Shown piece by piece: positions 50,563 to 62,712 of a stretch of DNA of 64,000 nt (positions within the stretch are counted from its first letter, which is position 1; every line of letters begins with the position of its first letter). A program made the position numbers and the translations under genes. The DNA comes from Tubiluchus corallicola (lineage: Eukaryota; Animalia; Priapulida). The stretch is from positions 538,603-602,602 of the forward strand of contig JAQGDQ010000116.1 of assembly GCA_030141605.1 (NCBI GenBank), read 5' to 3'. The notes under the pieces are model-generated. The model was not told the origin of the DNA, ran no database searches, and saw only the letters and a list, made by a program, of their open reading frames with translations.

Positions 50563-52916
50563 AAATACAAAAAATAAGTCAATAAATAGATCTAAAGAGC
50601 ACAAAAAAGTCTTAATGGTCAAGAACTGGAACAGTTCCACTGGAAAGAGAAGTGGGCTGGAAAAAAATCCGTCGTTTTTGCGCTAAATCAGCAAACAGTG
50701 ATTAGCAAATCAATTAGTAAAATCAATAAGTTTAATTTCATTTGACTTGACAATCAAACAAGTAAATAAATAACCGAAAGTCAAAAATTAAGGATACGTG
50801 TACCAGTAAGTAAACATTGAAATAATCAAAAGTATATGATAAATAGCACGAAGAATTTAGTAAGGAATAAATGAATAAATAAATAAACGCATGAATGAAC
50901 GAATGCACAAAGGAGCGAGTAAACGAATAAGACATGAATGCACGAATATATTTATAAATTTATGATTTATTCTTATATTTTTCATTTAGGCGTTCCTCTG
51001 TCAAATATATATGCAGTAGCTTAATATGCGAAGATTGCGAAAACTGCCTTATATTTAATATACCTTAGTATACCTTTGTTTGGTAATTGGTATAGTGGCA
51101 GAAATGATGCAGAAGCAGAAAGAAAAAAGCATACTTATTTTTTTTGTATAGCTGTCCAGAACATTTGTTGAAAGAGCCAAATGAACACTTTCAGTTCCAG
51201 AATGGTTAGGTCGCAATAATAATCGCAGGACAATCAGACCTAGATCCTGTTTTATAAATGATTGTAACTTATTTCTATGTAATTCTGTTAAGACAGGAAA
51301 CACGAGAATACTGTGCATCCTAAAAGTGCCTTGATCGAGGGGCGTAAACTACTTGGAGGAAACCACACGAACCTCTGCACGTGTCTGTCATCGGCAGCCA
51401 ATAAACGGAGTGTTACTATACTGTCCCGGGCTTTTCTGATGATTCACAAAACTCTGAATCATCGCCTCAGACCTTGTGGACATGTGTGTAGAAGCATGTA
51501 GGCCTACATTAACTGTTGCAAATTGTAACTTATCAGCAGGTCAGCAGCTCAGAGCTGCTGCAACTGCACAAGGAAGAATAGACGTTTGGCTTATGATTCA
51601 TCCAGAGAACGCGCCGAAAAGGGTGAAACATTTTGCACAATGGTTAGGGATGGTGTTGATCTTTAAAAATAAAACAGCAAATTTTAAAATCTAATTATTC
51701 GAAAGCGAATAGCCCTGTAACCAGCCAATCTACAAAGTAACTAACTCGGTAAGACATACGTTTGTAGTATGTTAAAAATGCTGCAAATTTTTATACGGTG
51801 TTTTGGATTTGAACGAAAAAGAATATTTAAAATCTTTCTACTTGGACACAACATTCAAGCTATAAGTCACGAAAGTTGTTGTTTTTCCTTGTTATTTATT
51901 GGAAATTCTTGAAGTTTAGGAGTAAATATATCTGACTATGACTGAGGCAGACAAAATAACAACACATAGTATTAAAAATTTAAACAAGATGAGCAGTGAA
52001 CAAACGCGCTTTGTTTGCTGTCCTCGTTACGGAAGTTGAAACTTTTTAGGTAATCCCCGTTTTGCTAGCTGACTACCACGCTAACTAGCTACGTGGTAGC
52101 AAACACGCTTTGCTTGCTGTTATCAGTTCTTGCCCCATTCTAACAGATGAAACTGGTGATCCCCGTTTCAGTAGCGAATTGTTTGCGTGGCTCATGAGCA
52201 GAGATAATCGGCATTCACAATCTGTTATTAATAGTGATGAAACTCTGTAGTAGGTGATCCCCGTTTTGCGAGTGTTTCTGTCAACAAAAATCCGTCTTAG
52301 TACTGTTTATTCGTAATCGTGAAATTTATCTCTTATTATAGGAAAGGTATTAACTTTCGTAATAAGTGCCATATAACTTATTAGGCCTGTACATGATTAT
52401 GTTATAGTGTCTTTGTTTGTTTATAATATTTTCGTGTCGGTAAAACTAGTGTTTCGGCTCAGCTACAGGGTAAATTTTGTTCTTCGTAGTTTATTTTTAT
52501 TTTTTGCTCAGTTTATAAAAACCGTAGGCGTGTCTGCGTCCATGTGAATGCAATGCTACTTTTTTGTAATAAAAATCTCCACCTAGTTTGCCTTAACTAC
52601 TGTTATATAAAGGCATATATCTATTGGAATGAGATTTATAATGACAAATATAATGTACAATAACACCGTTCGTTACTGCCGCATGGCGTTGTGTACCTAG
52701 AACTAATCAGCATACTAACCTTTGAACTACGTTTTGGTACGATGTGGATTGCGACGCACCGTTAAGTTTGAGTGAAAAGTCAGAGTATCTATGATGAGCA
52801 AAGCTGTTTAGAAAGCAGGTCTTGGGCTTGAGACCTAGTATGGGTGCAACATTTTTCAGTCTTTCTAAATTAATATTGCTGTCTTTCTTGAGTACATATA
52901 TTTTTTGTTGACAGTC

Positions 52917-54819
52917 ATGTTTCAAATGCGAGATGTTATTACCGCTGCTGATGATTCTTCAAGACCACAGGACGCATTGCAAGCCATCTGTGACGGTCTT
53001 CCAACTGCTCTGAATGATCATCCTGACATTCCTGAACAGCAGATGTCAAACGGCTTTCCACGACGTACCATGCCTGTAGATATACCACCTGTACAGCCAC
53101 CTGAAATGGCCGAGATTATTCCTGCATACCAGCCTAACACTTCATTATCAGATCTTACTAGTCCAGCGGGATCTTGTTTCAATTATCTACAGTTTTCTCC
53201 TTCTGACACCCGTGACCATGACAACTTTCCGTTCTCGACGTCTGTTAATTCTTCTGATGAAGAGAAAACTTACACCACACTGAGCATATCATTGTCAGGT
53301 CCTCAAACTAACACTCATATGGCTAACAACAATCTTTCCCTTTATCGGGATCAAAACGTTTTGTCTCCTCCAGCTGCTACAGTGAGCAACAACAGCAGCA
53401 GCAGCTCGGCATTCGAATGGAATGCTGGTGCAAGTGATGCTTCCATGCAAAGTCTTCTCTCAGATGAGTCTGGTTTCGTAAAAGCCGTAATGAATGTGGC
53501 AGTGAAAATGAACCTTCAACAGAAAATCAAGAGCAAGAAAGGCAACATTAAACCAGAATATCGCCAGTCAGTGGAAGAAAAAGTAGGTTTTAATGTTATG
53601 ATCATGTCTTTAGCTTTAACGTGAATACATATGCACATCATAATTGTTCTGATATTTGAGCCTAGATTGAATAGATTTCATTTTCCTGGTCAGATTCTGT
53701 GACTGGGTTTATGCGTGACAGTACGAAACAGGTGCAGACGATTTTGAGGTGTATGTATATGCATACAGAATATCCGAGTATTGGAAATGCGCTTGATTTA
53801 ATGCTACATGTATTCTGGTACGCGATTTGCCAAATTGTATGAAAAAGTACTACGAAAGGCCAAATTACGCGTTATTGTTAATATTACAGTACATAAAAAC
53901 ATAGCTATCCATGTATCGAGCAAATACATTTAAAACATGATTTTTTGGGACTAGCTTGATTGGCAACCCACAAATCCACTGAGCAATTAAGTTTGTACAT
54001 TTCGGTTGACTTTCTCATAAATGGTTGCTTCACGTTTACAACATCGTTGGTTCTGCTGTTTGTGATTAGACAGGTTTTCACCTAACTAAAGTATATTTTC
54101 CTTTAGCTTAGTCCGGAAGATGAACGAAAACGACAGGATAGAAGATTGCGAAACAAAAAAGCAGCCGAGAAGTGCCGCAACAAGAGGCGCACGGAGCAGA
54201 ATCAGTTGGAAGAGGTATAGGTCTAAAATTTTATTATTTTGTTGCCACATTATGTTATACTGCATATATATTCCCAACATTTTACAATAGTGATGTTACA
54301 GATGATGAGTACATGTTATGCCCAGTGATAGTATAATGGCTATCTAATAGACCTAACAGTCCGATACTGTCCGTACCAGCACTTATCGTGATGCACGGGC
54401 CACTTAAATTTTGTGTAAATGTTGCTAAAACAATTATTGCAGTCATAGGGAAATTTGAGAACACACGAACGTGTGAATAAAACAAAGTGACGTGAAAACA
54501 AGAAAACGTTTTATTAACATTACAACAATTGTTTTAGAAAGCCAAAGTTTTAAAGGAGGAGAATGAGAGCCTGAAGCAAGAATGCGCAAAACTAGAAAAA
54601 CAGAAAAATACTTTTAAAGACTTATTGAAGGATCATGAATTGATATGTGCTTTAATGCCATTTTCTTCACACCAAGTGGGCAACAATGTTCTTGACATCC
54701 ATAATACCTGTAACCATGTCTTCGATATGGAAATGGTCTTCGGGAGGAGCTTGCCTGGAAAAAACTGCACATTTAATGATCATAGTAGCCTTTCTGAGCT
54801 GCAACCAGATATTTTATAA
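52917..54819 (+). CDS. ATF3/JDP2-like (Fos-superfamily) bZIP transcription factor, 3 coding exons, ~351 aa
   Basis: Exons: 52917-53582, 54107-54214, 54538-54819, with phase-0 GT-AG introns. The 108-nt basic exon encodes LSPEDERKRQDRRLRNKKAAEKCRNKRRTEQNQLEE. The zipper KAKVLKEENESLKQECAKLEKQKNTFKDLLKDHELIC has Asn at the third a-position (ATF3/JDP2/BATF type) and the HxxxC end. Upstream VKMNLQQKIKSKK resembles the ATF3/JDP2 'KEELRFAIQ' helix. Confidence 0.87.
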
Positions 54820-56544
54820 TAAGTTATCTAACCGTAACAGGTATGCGTAAATAAATTAAAACATTCTTTTTTCTAGTAAAGAAACCATATGAATGCTATA
54901 TAGAAAATTAAGACAAGCATGTTTTTGAATCTTGACCTTTGTGCATTCTATTTGGCTAATCAAATCTTTTGTGCTCGAATTTTGTATCAAAATTTTGCTG
55001 ATTACAAGATGCGCAGTAGGTGTCTATTTAATAAACCAAATATTATTCTTTTGTAGTCTATTGTTTTACGATAAACTCCTGCATATGCCACGGGGCGGGC
55101 ATCCCATAAATATACATACTGTTTTCACTTGATAGATTGTACCAAATCAGCCGCGGTCACAGAGTGGTATATCAGCGAGTTTCATAATAAGTTTTGGTGA
55201 TTGTTTGCATTAAACTGTGTATTAACAAAAATGAAACAGGTGTTTTTCCTTTGCAGCATGTTAGCCAAAAAGTAAGTAGGTATCAAAAATGATTGTTATT
55301 GTGACAGCTTAATTATGTAACGGTAACGTATACTCTCGAAAATGTTGTGAATCATTGCGAAACTAGTTTAGTATTCAGTTTTCCATGATGTGCCTAATAT
55401 ACTACTACTACTAAACAATAATGTAGGTTAACTAGCGACTAGAAATTATGGTTGTGTATTGTGTTATTTCTTACGCTGTATTTTTCAATAGTGTGAACAC
55501 ATATAGTTTAGACTTCATTTGTTAATGTTATCATATCATTTAATTACTTGCCCTAAGGGCTGTCATATTATCTGTTCCCTAATTATACTTGTCATGTGTG
55601 AGCTGTAGTATTACGATACATGGCGAGTATTCCATCTGTTTATCCATACTTTATAGATTTTTACTAGTACTCTGGCAGTAATAAATTTAGAACTTTGTTA
55701 TTGTCTTATTGTACATAATACGCACCTATTTAAGAGTATAAAAAATAAAATTACAGTGTGATACAGAGATGGAATAGTAATATATTACCTTCAAACGACA
55801 TGTAGTTGACACAGACTAAACTAACAAGTAGCGAAGTAGCACAAGTACTATAATTTGTTGTTTCTCTTAAAGTGTGCAATTCAGTGATTACGTAATGCAA
55901 TGTAAAAATTATAAGCTGGCGGGCGGTATATGTTATTGAACTGTAATGTTGTGTCATTGTTGTTGAAAGCTGTGGGGAATGGATAAATTTAAAAGTCAAG
56001 ACTTGTTAGTCACAATTGAAGCTGCCTCCAACTGATTAATTTATTTATTTTGTTATTTAATGTTATTTTTAATATCGAAAAATGGAAATTTTTTGTTTAT
56101 TATGTTAGGATAACCAAGTCTGCTATGTTGATCAAATCCAATTTTAAATTTGTTGTTGTAATTTCGATTCAAAATTTGACTTTATACGTTTTTAGTCGCC
56201 CTAGTGGAGAATTGCATACTTTCTAAGTGCTAGCGCAGTATTCATTAGTATGTCACTCAACAGTTTTATATTTTTGTAAAAGCGAATTCGAAAATAAATG
56301 TGTAGCAAAATGTTTTGTGTTCGGGAGTTTATCTAGCATGCTTTAAGTGATCTGTACAATCATTATGTTAACTGTATGTATCTTACAATTAGCCTTCGTC
56401 TTGTTCTTCCATACTTGTTTTTGTGTCTTCGATCTCTGCTTTTATAACACCCTCATTTCCTTCATTTTGTTCGCTTTTTATTTCTCCGTGCAGTACTCTT
56501 TCAGCTACAAATTCCTACAACTATCTGATAATACTCAGTAGGCA

Positions 56545-56800
56545 CAGTCGGTTGTGATGATGTTAGATTCTGAGCATTCGATGTTGGTTAAATGAAAATT
56601 TTCTTGACGTTTTGACGGCGTTGTATTTTCGTCAGAATCTGTCAAACACATAGCCGTCATACAACCATCTCACAACCGTTGGATTATGGTCAGAATCTGA
56701 CTAATACGCAACCATCATACAACCTTTTCAGGACCGTCGGATTTTCGTTAGATTCTGACCGTCACACAGCTGTTGGATTTTGGTTAAAATATGACCGGTA
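56545..56800. repeat. Degenerate tandem repeat built on cgt[t/c]ggatt[t/a]t[c/g]gt[c/t]aga[a/t]tctgac
   Basis: Four to five diverged units are visible. Confidence 0.65.
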
Positions 56801-56969
56801 CGCTTCTCAGGATAGGTTTAACTGTTACTAGGTGACTTGTCTAAAATGTTCATGGAAATCGCTGATAATTAATTCCCACTCTACTGATAAAATAATTATT
56901 ATATTCAACCAAGTCCTCGCGTGGCCGGATTAGTGTCTTTATCTAGCACATAGACTCCTATTCTGACCT

Positions 56970-57304
56970 TGTGTTAGTAAAAGCCACTAGTCACGTGCAC
57001 ACCTGAGCTTATAAAAAGGGAAGGTCTGCTGTAGATCCTTGTCAGTGGTCGTGTCTTTCATCGCAGCTCTGTTCACATTTCACAGGCTTTGCCGCAAACT
57101 CTGTTCTTTTAGGTAAGCTATTTGTAATATTTTGTAATAAATTGTCATTTCGACTTTATTATTCGGGTTCTGTTTTGGTTTGGTGTAGAGCGACTTAATT
57201 GAAACATGCCGCATGGTGTAGGCCGCAGTGCCATCCGTCCTGCCTCCGTTAAAAGCGGACAGCAGTCCAATATTATGCTCTCAAAGCCTCGTACGTATCA
57301 CACA
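56970..57304 (+). mobile_element. Solo LTR, 335 bp (probably Ty3/Gypsy type)
   Basis: TGTGT...ACACA inverted termini, exact 4-bp TSD ACCT (56966-56969 and 57305-57308), TATAAAA at 57010 and AATAAA at 57136. Confidence 0.75.
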
Positions 57305-58524
57305 ACCTGCAATCTTGAGAGCTATTGAGTGACGTGAAAGGTCCATGGTCAAATGCTAGATCGTCCAACACATCTTACAGATGTGTCCTAAGCTTGTCTT
57401 TTGAATATCGATCAATGGCATGTTTCTGAGTATTCTAGCTAGTCTCCAAATCAGGATAGCTCTAATAAGTTCGGCAGGGCTGAGGTCCAGTGAGTAGTGA
57501 ATTTGTAAACCATTCACATTCAGTTCGATTTGCTTCAGTCGTACCCCCAAGATTGTAGATTGCGCGAAGCGCACAAGACTTGCACAATAACGAATAGGTT
57601 TTCAATTGACTGAGCAGTACTAGGATGTAATAAATTGTTCTGGGCCGCTATTCGTTGTTTTTCTACCCTCTAGTATGTATGTTTCACCCTGCATAACATT
57701 TTTTACTGCATCGTATTATGCACACGGTGCGTGGCCGCACAGAAATCGTGAAATTATGGAGTTCAATCAGCTCACGATCGCCGTCTTTGAAATTACGTTG
57801 TAACAAAGTGTATAAAGAGGAAGTGACGAAACTCTAATGTTACGTATTTCCTTTTTGCGATTAGCGGCTATGCTGGCGGCATCAAACGGCCATTCAGTGA
57901 AAAATTTGGAGCGCCGCATTGACTGTAATAATAATATTATTAAGTTCACCAGTAGTGTTGGCATACGTGCAATTTTGATAAGCCAAAATCACTTTTGCGT
58001 TTTTAATAAAAGAAGTATATCTCAATTAAAAACAATTATTAGTTTAAAAAAACTGAAAACATTTCATGAAAAGGAAAAAAATTGTAGCAATAAGTTTGTA
58101 ATATGTACTTGCAAATGCCTGTTCAGTTTTCTTGTAAGTAAAATTTTATTGTTTTTCCTGAGGAAAGAGGCTAGCTGACTGCGTGATGGGCTGCCTGCTA
58201 TGTAAAGAAGTAATGCATTTTTCATTGATTTATTGATTTTTCTCTCCCCCCCTCTCTTAGAGATAAAGAGGGGGAGAGAGAGAGAGGGTTAAAAGAAAGA
58301 CGGAACTATGAACTATGAATTTTATTTCACACATCAAAATACAATATTGTACACATAAATAAACAATAAATAAAATAATTTGAGTAGTGTGAGGTGAGTG
58401 TACGACCATACGGTCATTAACACACTCACCTTACTTAAATGAAAATGAAAAATTATTAAAGATATGCGTGCTTTTGTAGATGACTCAATGAAATTGATGT
58501 AATAAAGTAAATGATGCAATAATA

Positions 58525-58666
58525 GCAAGGAAACATGAGAAAAACACAATATGGAATTACGATTTTGATATAAATATTGAAATAATTTTGAAATAAAGTA
58601 AAAGATGTAATGAACAGCAAGAGGAAACATGAGGAAAACTTAATATGTAATTACGATTTTGATATA
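58525..58666. repeat. Short direct duplication, ~48 bp, 2 copies
   Basis: ggaaacatgag[a/g]aaaac..aatatg[g/t]aattacgattttgatata occurs twice, about 93 bp apart. Confidence 0.75.
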
Positions 58667-60293
58667 GGCGGCGATGAATGAATAATTTCATTTAAATTGA
58701 TTTATACCTTACTAATAAAGTAACAAAGGTCGTAATGGTACCGTAATGTACCTATTAGCAAAAGAAAAACATTAGTGCAAAAAATGACCAAATTCAAGCT
58801 GTCATATTGTCCATGCATAACTCAATATGAGAAAAACATGCAAAATAATAACAATAATACTAAATAAAAATAATAAAAAACAAACTAAATAAAATGAAAA
58901 GCAAGCTAGCCAAACAGAAATTTAAACAAACTTTCAAATAGGGAACTGAATCAAGCTGCAAAGTACATGCATTAAAATAATATTAAAGAGTCTAATTAAT
59001 AAACAAAACAAAAGAACATTATACAAGTACATTTTTTACATGTAAGCAAACTGTATTTAATGAACATTTATTTTGATGTAAGCCTAACTGAATCTTAAAA
59101 AATTAGGCCAAATATAAGTAATGTCTGCACATGATATTATAAGGTATTATGACACGTGTGCAGATTCTAATTTATGCTTCTCGCCTGAATTCTTTAACTA
59201 GGTTTTGACATAGTTAGTTGGTTGTTATAGAGGTGGAAGTTATGTCCGCTGCTTAGGATGACAGCTCTGATGTTTCCTTCAGTTATTTTTTGTTCACTGA
59301 TAATAAAAAAGAGGAGTAATGTTGTAAATACATCTCTGCTTGTTCAACGTAATTTTATAACTAACTCCAACTCATAACAAAGGCCAATGTATGATTATAT
59401 GCTTTTTAAACATTTTTTAACTTGGAATTAACAAAACATGCAGATGTTTAGATTAAGTTATGTTCTGGAAAATTATTTGCTCTTCTGAAAAAATCGATTT
59501 TTTTCTATGAAAGGTACTACACATGAAAGTCAGGCCTAATATATCTTCAAGTTATATTTCCTGATAAGAACATATGAAATAGAAATGTTTTTTAGAAAAA
59601 ATATTTCTCCAGAAATCGAATACTACATGAGCCAGGTATTCTTTCTTTTGATCAACTTTCTTAACTTCTTTTGTAAATAAGCCTATTAATTTTTATGAGA
59701 TATGATTATAATAATTTTTATTTTAACTACAAATTATTCTCAACGCCTTATGCTTACTTTAAATAATATTCAAAAAGATAACAGCTGCTATAAATCGCCA
59801 AAAAAGAGAGATGTAGGCCTTGCAGTATTTGCTTAGCGTACAAAATATTTAACTAGTAACAAAAGTTTAAAAACTGTGTTATAATTAACATTTTATTATA
59901 ATTACCTGGCTGCATCCTTGCGAAATTTAAAAAGATATCTTTTTGTGTTTTTGCAACTCACTGCTGAGCAATTTATGAGCGCCTGTTAACCGGGCTGGTT
60001 TTGATGGTCTCATCAATTCATCTGCTACAGTACCCACAGCCTGCGCTGTTGCGTACCTGACAACAACAGGCCGCACTGAATAGCCGCTAGGGCGACACTA
60101 ACTGCGCGAACTACTGCGCAGAAGGATTTTCCCTACTTTATTGTGTATACTTTGGTTGTAATGTTATTATCTATGGTTGGCTTTTGGTTGCCCATCTTTC
60201 TACAGTAAACAATCAACTGCTAGATTATCAAATTCGTTTCTTTAGAACTTGCTTTCTAAAAAATTGTGAATTTTAAACATTTTATTTTGAAAA

Positions 60294-62712
60294 ATGTCGT
60301 CAGATCCATGGAAACTTGAAACGCCAGAGCTTTTGCAACAGGTTTGGAGTTTTAACGGCGTATTGGGTAGGCCTGTAATGTATTCTGAATTTGAACACAG
60401 ACTGCAGCGTTCCTTTACTTTAGCAATATTATTGCGGCGCCCATGAATGGGAGCGAAATAACATTATCTAGCGTACATTTTCAATCCTGTCCAAAGTCAG
60501 GTTAAGCTCTTGTATTTCCGTGATTTTCACAACAGGGCTGTTTTAACAGCATTAATATTATACTATTTATAGCATAGGTTCGCTAGCAAAGCAGTGTACT
60601 GGGTCAGACAAAATCAGAGTTTAAACATTAAAAACATGCTGTACAGCAAAAATTAACCAACACAAAATAAGTTTGTGTTGAATTGAATTTGAACAATGCA
60701 ACATGATCCTTGGAAAGCAGAAATATTTCAACGTAACACTCAATTAGTAAATCATACAGACAGGTGGCATAATATAAAATTAGTTTAGTTTATTTATTCC
60801 AAAACTAGTTTACACAAAAATGACAAAATGTACAATATAAAACATCAGGAATGATCTTAAATTAGATATAGCCTTGTAACTTACAATGAGCAAGACAAAT
60901 TTTCGGCTCATGTCAAAAGTAAAACATGTATTGTAAGATCTGAGCTAAATAGGCGATATGGAATAACAGAATAACAAATTTTAAATTAATGGCAATATTG
61001 AATTTTTACTGTTTGTACAAGTATGGGGATACAGAAAATTTTTGGTTAGTAAAATCACTTTAATTTATCTTTAAAAACAAAAATGTAAACCTAAGCATTT
61101 TCATATAATTGGTTTCGTTGTTTCAGATTGCATTGTTGGCATTTCTTGGAAAACAAGGTGGGGAAGGACAGAAGTTTTTAGAACTGACAACAAAAGCACG
61201 CGTATTTGCAGAAGTTTACAGTCGTCTTTCAAAGCAGAGAGAAATTGATGAAGCAAGGGTATATTATTAACCTTCTAGGTTTAGTTCAATTTGATAAATT
61301 GTAAAAATGCTCTAAAGGTTGTTACCCCAGGCAGTCACCACATTGTCTTTATGATGCAAATCACTTACCCAGTTGATACTTTACACTAATTTGTTTAGAA
61401 GTTGAACTGATAAATAAAGAATTGTTTATTAATAGGGATTAGCAAAAAGATTGTGGTGACTCATTGTTCCAAAGCACTAAAGCACTTTTAAAATGCTCCA
61501 TTTTTAACTACATTTATTCAGTTGTCAGAGGGCTGGCCTTAAAACAATTGAACCTATTTCTCTCAATTAGAACTCGCACTAAAGAGTAGAGTAATATACT
61601 TTCAGCTCTTCACGTACGCACAACATATTGTAAAGAGTGATCGCTGCCGATTTTTTTTGATGTTAGTTGTTGCAACTATTGCTACCATCAGTTTTACTAC
61701 CATTATTACAAAAGCAAGGTTAAAAAGTATTTCGTAAATTTACCTAGTAGAATGTAACTATCATCTGTAGACATTGATAATTTTTGCTGTTTTGATGCTT
61801 AAAGCATCAATATGGGTGACCTGTGCTGTGAGAAGAGTATTGCACAAGTGAGAAAATGGAGCATCAGAAAATTAATTATTTTGGTTGTGGCTGCACATTT
61901 CTTTAATAATTTATTTAATATTGTGCTACAAAAAGTTATTAACTTATTTTGCAACACAATCAGGCATGGAATTTGAGGTAGTTCTAGTTGGCCTCTGCAT
62001 GTAAAGTTTATGGAAGCTTATTTAAAAAAGGGTACTATCAAGAATATACATGTATGCTCAATTTTTGCATTATTTCTGCTAATTTACAAAGCTATATTAT
62101 AGCTATTTTTACAATTACAGTTAGTATACCTTAACGGGGAACGGATTGCACTTTCTATGTACAGTAAAGTTTAAATTAATTCACCAGAGTTAGACATATG
62201 CTGCCACCTTAGTTACATACCAAACAAATAGTGTCTATTGTAATTATATACAGATGTATCATAGCTGTTTACCTTTATTATTTAGTTTTATGATAAACTT
62301 TGTGTACTATTTTTAGTTCAGCTGCTGCATAAATTATATGTGACTGCTTTGCAGTATAGTTGAAATATAGAGCATATCATAGAGTATTTTATCATGCTAT
62401 AGACGTAAACTGAGAATTGGGGCCCACCAAAATTGTCACAAAGCCCGAGTTATCTAAGTATAAGGTAATATGACGACTCTTGGTTGGCACTTGTCCAGTT
62501 TTTTAATCTGTCCCTGTCCATTGTCCTTTTTGTAAATTTTATGACTTCATGAAGTATGTTATTATAAAACAAATTCTGTTTTTTTCCAGAGTGCAGCAAT
62601 TTTTGCAATATGTGATTACATAAAGAAAAATCCACGAGCATCACAGCAAGAGCAAGCAAAGGTAATTAAGCAGCACGTAGAACAGTTTGCAGCAACATTG
62701 GAGGCATTATGA
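60294..62712 (+). CDS. Small uncharacterised protein, 3 exons, 100 aa
   Basis: Exons: 60294-60341 (aaaATG...cag|gt), 61127-61258 (tttcag|...agg|gt) and 62590-62712 (ttttccag|...TGA), all phase 0. Product: MSSDPWKLETPELLQQIALLAFLGKQGGEGQKFLELTTKARVFAEVYSRLSKQREIDEARSAAIFAICDYIKKNPRASQQEQAKVIKQHVEQFAATLEAL. A CpG-rich promoter-like patch lies at ~60040-60130. Confidence 0.75.

Noticed and set aside
50202-50640. Two ORFs with TYLP/TYLL repeats
   Set aside because: They are translations of the tetranucleotide microsatellite, not a repeat protein or CRISPR array.
52234-52310. C/D snoRNA (GTGATGA box C)
   Set aside because: There is no CTGA box D at a suitable distance and no terminal stem; the motif is part of the triplicated unit.
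57356-58178. Short ORFs downstream of the solo LTR
   Set aside because: They have no recognisable motifs or splice partners and are likely chance ORFs or decayed repeats.
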